This document shows, piece by piece, positions 27,394 to 36,300 of a stretch of DNA of 64,000 nucleotides (its first letter is position 1; every line of letters begins with the position of its first letter). The notes below the pieces were generated by a model. The model was not told where the DNA came from. It saw only the letters and a program-made list of their open reading frames with translations, and did not search any database. The position numbers and the translations under genes were made by a program. The DNA comes from Phycisphaerales bacterium (GTDB taxonomy: Bacteria; Planctomycetota; Phycisphaerae; Phycisphaerales; UBA1924), in contig JADYYE010000107.1 in NCBI GenBank assembly GCA_020853815.1, forward strand, positions 11,500 to 75,499. Direction: 5' to 3'.

Positions 27394-28133
27394 AGATTCT
27401 CGCCGTCACCGACGATGAACGAATCGGTCGACGGCTGATACACCATCGCATCGGGGAGAGACCAGGCATGACCGCCATCGGAGACCTTGGCAATCGACCC
27501 GTCCGGCGCGATCGCCCAGACGCCGAGGTCTTCCAGCGTCTCGGTGCAGTACAGGCCGCCCGCCGCGAACTGGATGGAACGCACGACCGACAATTTGGGC
27601 GAGGAAACCAGCGTCTGCGCAGGGCTGCCGGCAAACAACAATTCAACATCGGCGCCGTCCCGTGCGTTACCGACAACCGCCGTTCCAGCGGTGAAATACG
27701 TGCCGTCCTTGTCAATGACCATGCTCGACTGATTGGGTGATCCGCTCGCGCTCGCCCAGAGGGTCGTTATGCCGGTCGTAATCTCGGTGCGATACACCGG
27801 GCCTTCCGTCGAGGCGTAGACATAGCCGTCGTACACATCAATCCCGTCGGGGTCTTCGGGTGTGATCGAGCCGAACGCGACCGCCGCGCCCCCGCCCGCC
27901 GGAATCCGATAAATATCGGCCGCCCCGTTGCTCGGTGAGTGGTGTCCGGCGAAAAGAACCCCCCCCGGCCCGAACGCGAGCTCGAACGGGTTCGTCGCCG
28001 TGGCATAGACGCTCGCCGGGTTGCCCAGCCAAGTCGGCTGAGCGCACGCCGAGCTCGTCACAAAGACACAAGCGCAAACAGCGATGAGCGCGCTTGAACG
28101 AGAAAACGATCCGCCATTATGATTCTTTCCCAT
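27150..28133 (-). CDS. secreted beta-propeller (NHL/SMP-30-like) protein with PEP-CTERM-like tail
   Basis: GAGGAG lies 8 nt before the ATG at 28133. Signal peptide LIAVCACVFVTSSACAQP. Repeated G..Y/L-strand motifs (LYCTE, LYSLP, LYVSD). C-terminus VPAPGAVTLFFASAGMLIRR resembles a PEP-CTERM sorting signal. Confidence 0.7.
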   Translation of the reverse strand: MGKNHNGGSFSRSSALIAVCACVFVTSSACAQPTWLGNPASVYATATNPFELAFGPGGVLFAGHHSPSNGAADIYRIPAGGGAAVAFGSITPEDPDGIDVYDGYVYASTEGPVYRTEITTGITTLWASASGSPNQSSMVIDKDGTYFTAGTAVVGNARDGADVELLFAGSPAQTLVSSPKLSVVRSIQFAAGGLYCTETLEDLGVWAIAPDGSIAKVSDGGHAWSLPDAMVYQPSTDSFIVGDGENLYSLPRAGGAVQQVGSGFGQISGLTFDDAGHLYVSDLTNHVVWRVVPAPGAVTLFFASAGMLIRRPARGVRVRDASRSSAR

Positions 28134-28577
28134 CTCTCTTCTCCTCAAAGGACACCGCCGAGACTACTGGGTGCTTGACCCCACTTCAAGCACAATTCCG
28201 CCCGGCTCTCCTTTATTTTCAGGATCACACAATCCCAATTCTCGGACCTTGGGACTTCGCTTTCGCCGCGTTGCGACGCGCGGGGGAGAGGTGCCGCATC
28301 AAGGGCGACCGGCCTACGCGCCCAGTTCACCGCTTCAGCTCTACGTCCTCGAGCCCCGCGCCTTCGGACGCCGGACCTGATACGGATTCTGCTTGGAAAC
28401 CGCGCGTGACTTGGGCTACCCCCACGCTCCGCGTGGGGTTCCTTCAGGCCCTCCAAGCGCATGTTCCAACGAGAATCCGTATGAGGCATTGCGAAGGTCC
28501 GGGTCGACGCAACGAGATCGCCCGTTCGCGCCGAACTCACTCGACCACTTGACCACTTTGCCACTTTTCGCTTGGCC

Positions 28578-29819
28578 TCAATCCACGCCCGCCTTCGCCC
28601 CCGGCCTCGACAACTCCAGCATCCGATCGACCGCCAACAGCGCCTGCTCGCGCACCTTCCCCGGCACGCTGATCTGGTTCACGATCTTCGCCTTGCCGTC
28701 CTTCGACAGGCCGCCCGCCAGGTGATCGAGCACCCACAACAAATGCGGCTCATCGATCCGGTACATCGTCGTGCACAGGCACTGACAATCGCTCAGGATG
28801 CGCACCTCAACGCCCCGTGCCGCGGCCTCTTTCGCAAGCCTTCCCACCAGGTGCGTCTCGGTACCAACCGCCCAGCGCGATCCCGGCGCCGACGCGCGGA
28901 TCGCCTGGATGATGAACTCCGTCGACCCCGACAAGTCCGCGAGGTCCACAACCTCTTTGCAGCACTCCGGGTGAACCAGGATCTTCACGCCCTCGCGCGT
29001 CGCGCCCGCCGCCTTCTCGCGCTCGTTTTCCTCGCGGATCGCGCGGCAGTGCTCCGGGCGGAACAGCTTGTGAACCGAGCAATGCCCCGCCCACAGGATC
29101 ACCTCCGCCCGCTCGATCGCCCCGCGCGATGAGCCGCCCAGCTCCTTGCCCGCGTGCGCCGCGCGCGGGTCATAGAGCGCCGCCCGCGTGGCGACATCGA
29201 TCCCCGCCGCCGCGGCCGTGTTCCGCCCCAGGTGCTGATCGGGCAGGAACAAAACCTTGATCTCCTCGCCCGGGCGCGTCGGGATCGTGCCGCCCGCGCG
29301 GGCCCACGCGAAGACCTGCCTTGCGTTCGAGCTGGTGCAGCACGCGCCGCCGTTCGCTCCGACAAACGCCTTGATCGCCGCCGACGAGTTCACATAGGTG
29401 ATGGGCACGACACGCGCGTTCAGTTTCGCGTCCTTGATCACGCGCTGGATCGAATCCCACGCCTCGACCGTGTCGTCGTACTGCGCCATGTCCGCCATCG
29501 AGCAGCCCGCGGAAAGATCGGGCAAGATCACCGCGACATGGTCGGGCGTCAGCATGTCCGCCGTCTCGGCCATGAAATGCACGCCGCAGAACACGACGTA
29601 CTTCACCGGGCGTTCCTTGGCGACGCGGGCGGCGACCTGCGAGAGCTTGAGCGAATCGCCCGTCGCGTCGGCGTGCCTCACGACCTGATCGGTCTGGTAG
29701 TGGTGGCCCAGGATGAAGAGCGAATCGCCGAGCTCCTTGCGGCGCGCGTCGATCCGGGCCGCGAGCTCGTCCTCGCTCAGCGTGCGATACACCTCGGGGA
29801 GTGATGGTTGCCAGAGCAC
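28578..29819 (-). CDS. nadA: quinolinate synthase NadA
   Basis: ILGHHYQ, VVFCGVHFMAETA, ILPDLSAGCSMADMA, CCTSSNA and HPEC blocks are NadA signatures. GTG start at 29819. Confidence 0.9.
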   Translation of the reverse strand: MLWQPSLPEVYRTLSEDELAARIDARRKELGDSLFILGHHYQTDQVVRHADATGDSLKLSQVAARVAKERPVKYVVFCGVHFMAETADMLTPDHVAVILPDLSAGCSMADMAQYDDTVEAWDSIQRVIKDAKLNARVVPITYVNSSAAIKAFVGANGGACCTSSNARQVFAWARAGGTIPTRPGEEIKVLFLPDQHLGRNTAAAAGIDVATRAALYDPRAAHAGKELGGSSRGAIERAEVILWAGHCSVHKLFRPEHCRAIREENEREKAAGATREGVKILVHPECCKEVVDLADLSGSTEFIIQAIRASAPGSRWAVGTETHLVGRLAKEAAARGVEVRILSDCQCLCTTMYRIDEPHLLWVLDHLAGGLSKDGKAKIVNQISVPGKVREQALLAVDRMLELSRPGAKAGVD

Positions 29820-29878
29820 GCGGGGATGGTAGTAATCCCGGGGTTAGACGGGATGCCAAACTCGACTTGACGGGTTGA

Positions 29879-29893
29879 GGGGGGGGGGGGGGG
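29879..29893. repeat. G15 homopolymer in the nadA / module-2 divergent intergenic region
   Basis: 15 consecutive G counted directly. It is preceded by TTGACG (29867-29872) and followed by ATAGGCT. Confidence 0.95.
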
Positions 29894-29960
29894 ATAGGCT
29901 CGGAGGAGGGTCGTGAACGATTCTGTGCGATAGACCAGCTTGTTGAAGGGACTCGAACTG

Positions 29961-30233
29961 ATGCAAACGCGAAACATCACCCGTCTCGGCCTGTGCTTTG
30001 CCGCTGGGATTGCGTGCTCCGCCATCGCCGACGGGTGGCCATATCCTTGGCCACCGGACCCGAACCCAGGCGGCGCTTTGTGCGGCTACCAATCCGGGTG
30101 CCAAGACAAGGCAGACTTCAACTCCTGCACGCGTTGCTGTGATACCCATTGCGACGCGAGTAATAATTGCTATAATGCGTGCTGGTTCTTCTTCTGCACC
30201 AACGGCAAGACCAGTGCCGGCTGCCCACAGTGA
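29961..30233 (+). CDS. small secreted cysteine-rich protein (10 Cys), module copy 2
   Basis: MQTRNITRLGLCFAAGIACSAIA|DG signal. The mature part aligns with 25295..25573 (WPyPWPPDPxPGGALCG...RCC...SNNC.NACW..FC...CPQ). Confidence 0.7.
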   Translation: MQTRNITRLGLCFAAGIACSAIADGWPYPWPPDPNPGGALCGYQSGCQDKADFNSCTRCCDTHCDASNNCYNACWFFFCTNGKTSAGCPQ

Positions 30234-30245
30234 CAGGATTAGACG

Positions 30246-30842
30246 ATGCGGACCAACGACCTCACGCGTGGCGCGTCTTCGCAGAGTCGGCGCCGAGTAG
30301 CGGTTGTGCTGGCAGGGTTGTCCTTGATCGCCTCCGGGTGGCTTGGCGGCCGGGCGATCCTTCGCGAGATGCACCGGCGGGATCGGGCGTCCCAAGTCCA
30401 CGCCGAAGCAGTTGAGTACGCCCAGAAAGTTCATGTGAGCATGGAGGTCGCAACCGCCATTTGTGAACTTTGCGGCGACCCCGGCGCGATTGCGCGCATG
30501 TCCCCGACGGAGCTGCGCCGGTTGGCGACGCGGTACGCGGACTTTGAAGGCCCCGACCGCGCACGCGTCGCCAGGTATTGCAACGGGCTGTTTCATCCCG
30601 CCTCCATTCGAGAGTTGAGTGACGAGCAATTGGAAATCGCCCGGAACGCCACCCGCGACATCATCGGTGAGTTCTGGAACGACCCCAAGATACTGGGTCA
30701 GGCGTACCTCGTCGCGGCCGGACTTGGTCTGAGGGATGATCCATACATCAAAGAGATGGCAAACCAGACCTTGCAAGAGCCCGGGCTTGATCCAACGCTC
30801 GCCGACACGGTCATCGTGGCCATTCTGCGCCCTCAGAAGTGA
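30246..30842 (+). CDS. single-pass membrane protein, module copy 2
   Basis: ATG lies 12 nt after the previous stop. TM helix VAVVLAGLSLIASGWLGG. Conserved C-terminal block shared with 25643..26257. Confidence 0.7.
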   Translation: MRTNDLTRGASSQSRRRVAVVLAGLSLIASGWLGGRAILREMHRRDRASQVHAEAVEYAQKVHVSMEVATAICELCGDPGAIARMSPTELRRLATRYADFEGPDRARVARYCNGLFHPASIRELSDEQLEIARNATRDIIGEFWNDPKILGQAYLVAAGLGLRDDPYIKEMANQTLQEPGLDPTLADTVIVAILRPQK

Positions 30843-31501
30843 CGCCGGGACCGGAGTACGCAGTGCACGCCGCCTCTCAAATGCTCGCTCGAATGGCGGC
30901 CCGCAGGCCGTCCTCCCAGCCCACTGGGTTCACGCTCATCGAGCTCTTGGTCGTCCTTGGGATCGTGGCTCTCCTGATCGCGATCTCGCTTCCCGCGCTG
31001 GCTTCAGCTCGCGCCACGGCCGCCAGAACAACATGCCTGTCAAACCTTCGAAGCCTGGGGCAGGCTCTTGCGTTGTACCGAAACGCCCACCAGGGGCTCT
31101 TTCCCGATTCCGCGATCCTGCCCGATCTTCCCGCCGGGAAGCCCGGACTGATCGAACCTCTCTCGGCACACATGGATGGCGCCCGTCCTCAACTCGGTCC
31201 GACGGGCGAGGTTGATGCGGCGCTCCCGTGGCGCTGCCCGCCGGATCGGGTGGTGGCAAACAGGTTCGGAATGAGCTACGAGTATGAACTCGCGGCCTTG
31301 GTCCAGGCCTACAAGATGGACGGCATCCAAAACGCCATGAGCCGAGTTTCACGCCAGGCCGACGACACGCGCCTGATCGTCCTCGCCGACGCGCCGATCT
31401 CCCTCCGATATGCCGCGGGCGATTCGACACCCTGGCATCACGGGCCGGACGGAAAGGACCGCAACGCCCTGCGCTCCGATGGCGGCGCGGACTGGAACTG
31501 A
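30839..31501 (+). CDS. prepilin-type N-terminal cleavage/methylation protein (H-X9-DG-like), module copy 2
   Basis: GTGA start/stop overlap with the previous gene (alternative ATGs at 30881 and 30893). [23 protein letters not shown]. The C-terminal WHHGPDGKDRNALRSDGGADW resembles the H-X9-DG region with longer spacing. Confidence 0.75.
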   Translation: MTPGPEYAVHAASQMLARMAARRPSSQPTGFTLIELLVVLGIVALLIAISLPALASARATAARTTCLSNLRSLGQALALYRNAHQGLFPDSAILPDLPAGKPGLIEPLSAHMDGARPQLGPTGEVDAALPWRCPPDRVVANRFGMSYEYELAALVQAYKMDGIQNAMSRVSRQADDTRLIVLADAPISLRYAAGDSTPWHHGPDGKDRNALRSDGGADWN

Positions 31502-31584
31502 TACGGCACCTTCCCCACCCACATCGTCCGCCCGCCCCTTCCTGCCACCCGTGCCACGCCCGGCCCCAACGCCTCCTGCCCTCC

Positions 31585-32706
31585 TCAATACCCCGCCTCC
31601 ACGTCCACGCAATTGAGCAGCGCTTCCCCCGCGCCGAACCGCCGCACGTTCTCCTTGTACAACGCCCACCAGCGCTGATCCGTCAGTTCCCCGTCCGCCG
31701 CCACATGCGGCGTGATTACCACGTTCTTCAGCCCCCACAGCTCGTGCCCCGCGGGCAAAGGCTCCGGGTCCGTCACATCCAGCCCCGCGCCCGCCAACCG
31801 CCCATCCTTGAGCGCCGCCACCAGCGCCGGCGTGTCCACGACCTTCCCGCGCGCGATGTTGATCAGGTACGACCCGCGCTTCATCGCGCCGATCATCTTC
31901 TCGTCGAACAGCCGCTCTGTTTCCTTGGTCAACGGCACGCAGATCGCGACCACATCCGCCCTGGGCAGCATCGCCGCAAGCTCGTCCGGTTTGCCCACAT
32001 GCTCCACAAACTCGGGCGAGGGCGCGTCGCTCCGCCGCGTCGCGATGACGCGCATGTCGAATCCGTGCGCCCGCTTGGCGATCTCGGTTCCGATCCCGCC
32101 GATCCCGACCACGAGCATCGTCTTGCCCGCCAGCGCCACGCCGCGCGTCGGCGGCTCGTCACGCGTCCACGCTTCCTTCTCCTGCGCGTCGCCATACCAC
32201 GCCAACTGGCGCGTCAGCGAGAGCAGCATCGCCATCGCGTGATCGGCGATCGCCGGGCCGTGGACGCCGCGAGCATTGGTCACGACCAGCGATGCGTTCT
32301 CGCGCAGGCCGGGGATCGTCAACAGCCGATCCACGCCCGCGCTGGGCGAGTGGACCCACGACAGCTTCTTGGCCTTGCCCAGGAACTCCGCGCTCACCCA
32401 GCGCCCGTCGACCCCGTCCGCCTCGGGCGCGAGCTTCATCGCCTCGTCGCGCCCCTTGGCGCGCACGATCTTCACGTTCGGCGCGACCTCGCCCAGTTCC
32501 TTCACCTGCTCGTCGCTCAGGTCGCCCGCGATCAGCGTCAGCAAGACCCTCGCCCGTTCGCCAACGTCCGCCGGGAGCACCCGCGCCACGCGCGCGTTCC
32601 GCGTCAAACCGGGGAGATCGTTCTTGTCCTGCCGAGCGATCGCGTCGGGAATAATCACCGCCAGCGCGAGGCACGCCGCCACCAGACGAACCATCATGTT
32701 TCGCAT
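31585..32706 (-). CDS. D-isomer-specific 2-hydroxyacid dehydrogenase family protein with signal-like N-terminus
   Basis: GKTMLVVGIGGIGTEIAKRA (NAD-binding GxGxxG), INIARG and TPHVA catalytic blocks. About 45 extra N-terminal residues include MVRLVAACLALAVIIPDAIA. Confidence 0.85.
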   Translation of the reverse strand: MRNMMVRLVAACLALAVIIPDAIARQDKNDLPGLTRNARVARVLPADVGERARVLLTLIAGDLSDEQVKELGEVAPNVKIVRAKGRDEAMKLAPEADGVDGRWVSAEFLGKAKKLSWVHSPSAGVDRLLTIPGLRENASLVVTNARGVHGPAIADHAMAMLLSLTRQLAWYGDAQEKEAWTRDEPPTRGVALAGKTMLVVGIGGIGTEIAKRAHGFDMRVIATRRSDAPSPEFVEHVGKPDELAAMLPRADVVAICVPLTKETERLFDEKMIGAMKRGSYLINIARGKVVDTPALVAALKDGRLAGAGLDVTDPEPLPAGHELWGLKNVVITPHVAADGELTDQRWWALYKENVRRFGAGEALLNCVDVEAGY

Positions 32707-32796
32707 GGGCGCAGCATACCGGCGCGCCCGCCCCCACGCCCACGCCCATGCCCTTGCCCTTGCCTTCGCTTTCGCCGCGCTCTCCCGCGCCCGCCC

Positions 32797-34194
32797 TCAA
32801 TACGCCCTGCGGATCGAGCACCCCGGATAGAACGCGCGCACGCACGGCTGCCACTTCTTCCCGCGCTCCACCATCCCCTTGGCGCACCACTGGCACATCC
32901 CCACGCCATGCCCGAACCCGCGCCCGCGGATCCGCACCGTGTCGGCCCAAACCTCGATCGTCATGTCCCCGCTGTACACCCGCGTCTCTTTGGTCAACGG
33001 CGCCGCGCCCTCGGTCTCCGTGTTCAGCGCGTTCCGGAGCTCCTCCGCCGCGATCTCATAGCTCGTGTTCGAGTCGTCCGTCACCACAAACCGCGTCGGC
33101 CGCCCCGCGTCACCCGTGCGCTTCACGCTGAACGCGCGCACGCGCCGGATATCCGCGATCGGCTTGCCGCTGGCCCTTCCCCACGCGCGAAGCCGCCGCG
33201 ACACGTCGTCGTCGCTCCGCACCACGTCCCAGCGGTAATAGGTCGCGCTCTCGCAGAACGCGTCGCGTCCCTTGGTCTGCAGCGGCCCGACCATGTTGAA
33301 CGAACTGGCGCTGTCAGTCGGGAACACATCCCGAGCCGACGCCGCCCGCCCCCCGCATGTGCTCGAGTAGTACGCCCGCACGATCTCCCCGCCGTAGGCC
33401 ACGACCTGCCCGCGCGTCTGACGCACCGCGTCATACGCCGCCGCGTTGGCGTGCGATCCTCCATACACCTGGTCCGCCGTCGTCGCCTCCACGTCAAACC
33501 ACCGCCCCAGCTTCCGCGCCCGACCACGCTCGTGCAGCGCATAGCTCCGAGACGCCACCGCCTGCACCGCGAACGCCTCCTGCGGCCACTTGGGGAACAT
33601 CTCCTTCACCACCACGCCCGGCAGATACTCCTCCATCTGCATCACCGCGACCACGTCGAACCGGTCCGCGCCCTCGTCCGACCTCGGACGCACCACCAGA
33701 AAGCCTGGATGCCCAACGCCATCCAGCTTCAGCTTGGGCAACCCACCGATCACGCTCTGCTTCGAGTCGCGCGCCCGATCCTGCCCGCCCGCCGCGATCG
33801 TCGCCGCGCTGTCAAACGAGTTCGGCGCACCCGCCCCGTCCCATGGAATGATCTCCAGGTCCGTCCCCGCGCCCAGCTCGGCCTTGGTCCCCGCGACGTC
33901 CGTCACCGACAGCCCGCCCGCCGTGCTCGCCAGCATGATCGGGGCGCTCAAAAGCTGCACCTTGCCCGAGTTCACACCCCGCACAACAAACTTCGCGCTC
34001 CCGTCGATCTTCGCGGCCGTCGCGCCCTTCCGCACGCGCACGCGAACGTCCGGTTCCGAACGCATCAGCGTCGGTGCCGAGGCTTCTTCTTCCGTGAACA
34101 GCCCCTCGAGCGTGGAGCACCCGCCCAGCACGCCGCCAAACACGCCCGCCACGATGGCCAGCGCCGCGACCAGGCCGCGACGCGCCATCTTCAT
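32797..34194 (-). CDS. SpoIID/LytB domain lipoprotein
   Basis: YYSSTCGGRAASARDVF and GRGFGHGVGMCQWCAKGM are SpoIID signatures. Lipobox VLGGCS after MKMARRGLVAALAIVAG. Confidence 0.85.
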   Translation of the reverse strand: MKMARRGLVAALAIVAGVFGGVLGGCSTLEGLFTEEEASAPTLMRSEPDVRVRVRKGATAAKIDGSAKFVVRGVNSGKVQLLSAPIMLASTAGGLSVTDVAGTKAELGAGTDLEIIPWDGAGAPNSFDSAATIAAGGQDRARDSKQSVIGGLPKLKLDGVGHPGFLVVRPRSDEGADRFDVVAVMQMEEYLPGVVVKEMFPKWPQEAFAVQAVASRSYALHERGRARKLGRWFDVEATTADQVYGGSHANAAAYDAVRQTRGQVVAYGGEIVRAYYSSTCGGRAASARDVFPTDSASSFNMVGPLQTKGRDAFCESATYYRWDVVRSDDDVSRRLRAWGRASGKPIADIRRVRAFSVKRTGDAGRPTRFVVTDDSNTSYEIAAEELRNALNTETEGAAPLTKETRVYSGDMTIEVWADTVRIRGRGFGHGVGMCQWCAKGMVERGKKWQPCVRAFYPGCSIRRAY

Positions 34195-34354
34195 GTTCCG
34201 TCCCCAGGCCGACTCCATGGCCCACTGCATGTTCGCGCTCTCCCGGGCTTGCGCCCTGCCTACCGATCCGACTGCCACCTATTCGCGGGGGTCGCCCGCC
34301 CATCGATCCCTCACGCCGCTTCGTGTACCATCGCGTGAACCAGGAGGCCCTTCC

Positions 34355-34828
34355 ATGCCCTGCATGCCCCGCACCCAACGCCACGCCCACGCGCGTGGCG
34401 TATCCGCGCTCGCCAAACCCGGGCTCGCCGCGCTCCTGCTTGTCACCAGTGTACGAATCATCGGCTGCGGGTCGACCCAGGGACCACCGCCGCCGAGCGA
34501 TGCCGCCTTCCAGGGCCCACCCGTCTCGATCGAGCAGGCCAACGCTGAGCACATCGTCGTCGTGCAGGCCCCAAGCGCCGGCTGGACCATCGAGCGCGAC
34601 GCCACCCAGGAGCAGCAGAATCGCTGGGACGTCTACATCACGCTCCGCGAGCCCGACCCCCGCTTCATGTACACCCAGGCCGTCGTTTCCCTCCGCGTCG
34701 TGACCGACGTGCGCTCCGCCGAGGCCATCCGCGTCCTGGCCCGCGTCGTCCCGTTCGGCGATACCAGCAACGAATCGCCGCACCACCCCGCCGCCAGCTC
34801 CGGCCCGGTCGCGACCCCGCCGAAGTAG
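34355..34828 (+). CDS. putative lipoprotein, hypothetical
   Basis: AGGAGG lies 7 nt before the ATG at 34355. Lipobox-like IIGCGS. Only the last 157 codons of the 412-aa ORF are credible. Confidence 0.55.
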   Translation: MPCMPRTQRHAHARGVSALAKPGLAALLLVTSVRIIGCGSTQGPPPPSDAAFQGPPVSIEQANAEHIVVVQAPSAGWTIERDATQEQQNRWDVYITLREPDPRFMYTQAVVSLRVVTDVRSAEAIRVLARVVPFGDTSNESPHHPAASSGPVATPPK

Positions 34829-34834
34829 CCTCTC

Positions 34835-36148
34835 GTGAGCGGCCACCCTTCCATCCCGCGCGACGAGGAGCTGCTCTGGCTCCTCTCCCTCACCTCGATC
34901 CCCGACATCGGCCCGATCCGGGCCGCCCGGCTGGTCGCCGCGTTCGGCTCGGCCTTCGCCGCCCTGCACGCCGCCCAGGCCCCGCTTGTTCAATCCCGGA
35001 TCATCAGCAAAAACCTTGCTGCGGCCATCGTGGCGGCACGCCCCGCCGCCGTCGAACACGCCAAGGCAGAGCTCGATCGCGCCCACTCCATGTCGCTCCG
35101 CCTCATCATGCGCAGCGACCAGGAATACCCCGAACTCCTCCGCCCCCTCCCCGACGCCCCGCCCCTCCTGTACGTCCGCGGCCAGTTCGACCCCGCCGGA
35201 CGCGATCGCTTCGCCCTCGCCATCGTCGGCTCGCGCGCCTGCTCGCACTATGGCATGGAACAGGCCGGACGCTTCGCCTCCGTCCTGGCGTCCAGCGGCA
35301 TCACCATCGTCTCCGGCGGCGCCCGCGGCATCGACACCGCCGCCCATCGCTCCGCCCTCCGTGCCGGCGGGCGAACCGTCGTCGTGCAAGCCTGCGGCCT
35401 CTCCAACACCTACCCGCCCGAAAACCAGAAGTTCTTCGACGAGATCATCGCCGAAGGCCGCGGCGTCGTGATCTCCGAACTCCCCCTCAAGACCGAGCCC
35501 AAATCCGAAAACTTCCCCGCCCGCAATCGCATCGTCTCCGGGATGAGCCTCGGCGTGCTCGTGATCGAGGCCGACCTCCGCTCCGGCTCCCTTATCACCG
35601 CGCGACTCGCCGCGGAGGAACATGGTCGGGAGGTCATGGCCCTCCCCGGGCGGGTTGACTCTCCCACCAGCCGCGGCTGCCTCGAGCTCATCAAGTCGGG
35701 CGGAGCGGCGCTCGTCACCGAGCCCGGCGATGTCATCGCGCTCATCGAAACTCCCGCGCGCCATCAGCACAACGGCACGCACGCCGATCGGTACGCGCTC
35801 GCCGAACAACAACCGCTCTTGCCCCTCGACGCATCGAGTGATTCACCTCCCGCGCCCGAGCCAGCGCCGACCAAGGGCCGCCGCGCCAAGCCGAACAAGG
35901 CACGCGACGAAGCAGACCACGCGCCAATCACGCACCCCTCGATCGCCCGCGCAGAGCACTCGATCGAGGAGGGTGCTGGTGCGCCGACTGATCCTGTTCT
36001 GCGAGCACTCACCGAACCGCTCACGCTCGACGCGCTCATGACCCGAACGGGCCTGGACGCGGGAGCTCTCCGCGCGTCCCTGACCATGCTGGAAATCCAG
36101 GGAAGGGTCCGTCGCGACGGCCCGCACTTCGAAAAAACCTCGAAATAG
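34835..36148 (+). CDS. dprA: DNA-processing protein DprA (Smf)
   Basis: AIVGSRACSHYG, IVSGGARGIDTAAH, FPARNRIVSG and LVIEADLRSGSLITA are DprA Rossmann-fold signatures. C-terminal wHTH-like tail. Confidence 0.9.
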   Translation: MSGHPSIPRDEELLWLLSLTSIPDIGPIRAARLVAAFGSAFAALHAAQAPLVQSRIISKNLAAAIVAARPAAVEHAKAELDRAHSMSLRLIMRSDQEYPELLRPLPDAPPLLYVRGQFDPAGRDRFALAIVGSRACSHYGMEQAGRFASVLASSGITIVSGGARGIDTAAHRSALRAGGRTVVVQACGLSNTYPPENQKFFDEIIAEGRGVVISELPLKTEPKSENFPARNRIVSGMSLGVLVIEADLRSGSLITARLAAEEHGREVMALPGRVDSPTSRGCLELIKSGGAALVTEPGDVIALIETPARHQHNGTHADRYALAEQQPLLPLDASSDSPPAPEPAPTKGRRAKPNKARDEADHAPITHPSIARAEHSIEEGAGAPTDPVLRALTEPLTLDALMTRTGLDAGALRASLTMLEIQGRVRRDGPHFEKTSK

Positions 36149-36271
36149 CGTTCCAGCAAACATTTACACATCATCTTGCCACCCACCGGACCGCCTTGGT
36201 CCGAGAAAAACACCCCGCACGGGTGCCGGATGAGGCCATGCCCAATGCCGAACGAAAGGCGGAAAATGGCC

Positions 36272-36300
36272 TTGACGTGGGGGGGATGTGCGGCTATCTT
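36272..36300 (+). promoter_or_regulatory. candidate sigma70-type promoter
   Basis: TTGACG (36272-36277), then a 17-nt spacer containing G7, then TATCTT (36295-36300). It lies in a lower-GC stretch with no convincing ORF before about 36669. Confidence 0.4.

Noticed and set aside
27146-28577. Considered calling the segment between the nadA duplicates an intact integrative element.
   Set aside because: It has no integrase, recombinase or excisionase ORF and is only about 1.4 kb. I reported it only as an insertion scar or remnant.
28149-28577. ORFs 28094-28552(+) and 28145-28564(-) in the spacer between the propeller gene and nadA.
   Set aside because: The region is lower in GC with no codon-position bias, the two ORFs overlap each other on opposite strands, and neither has motifs. 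I treated it as non-coding.
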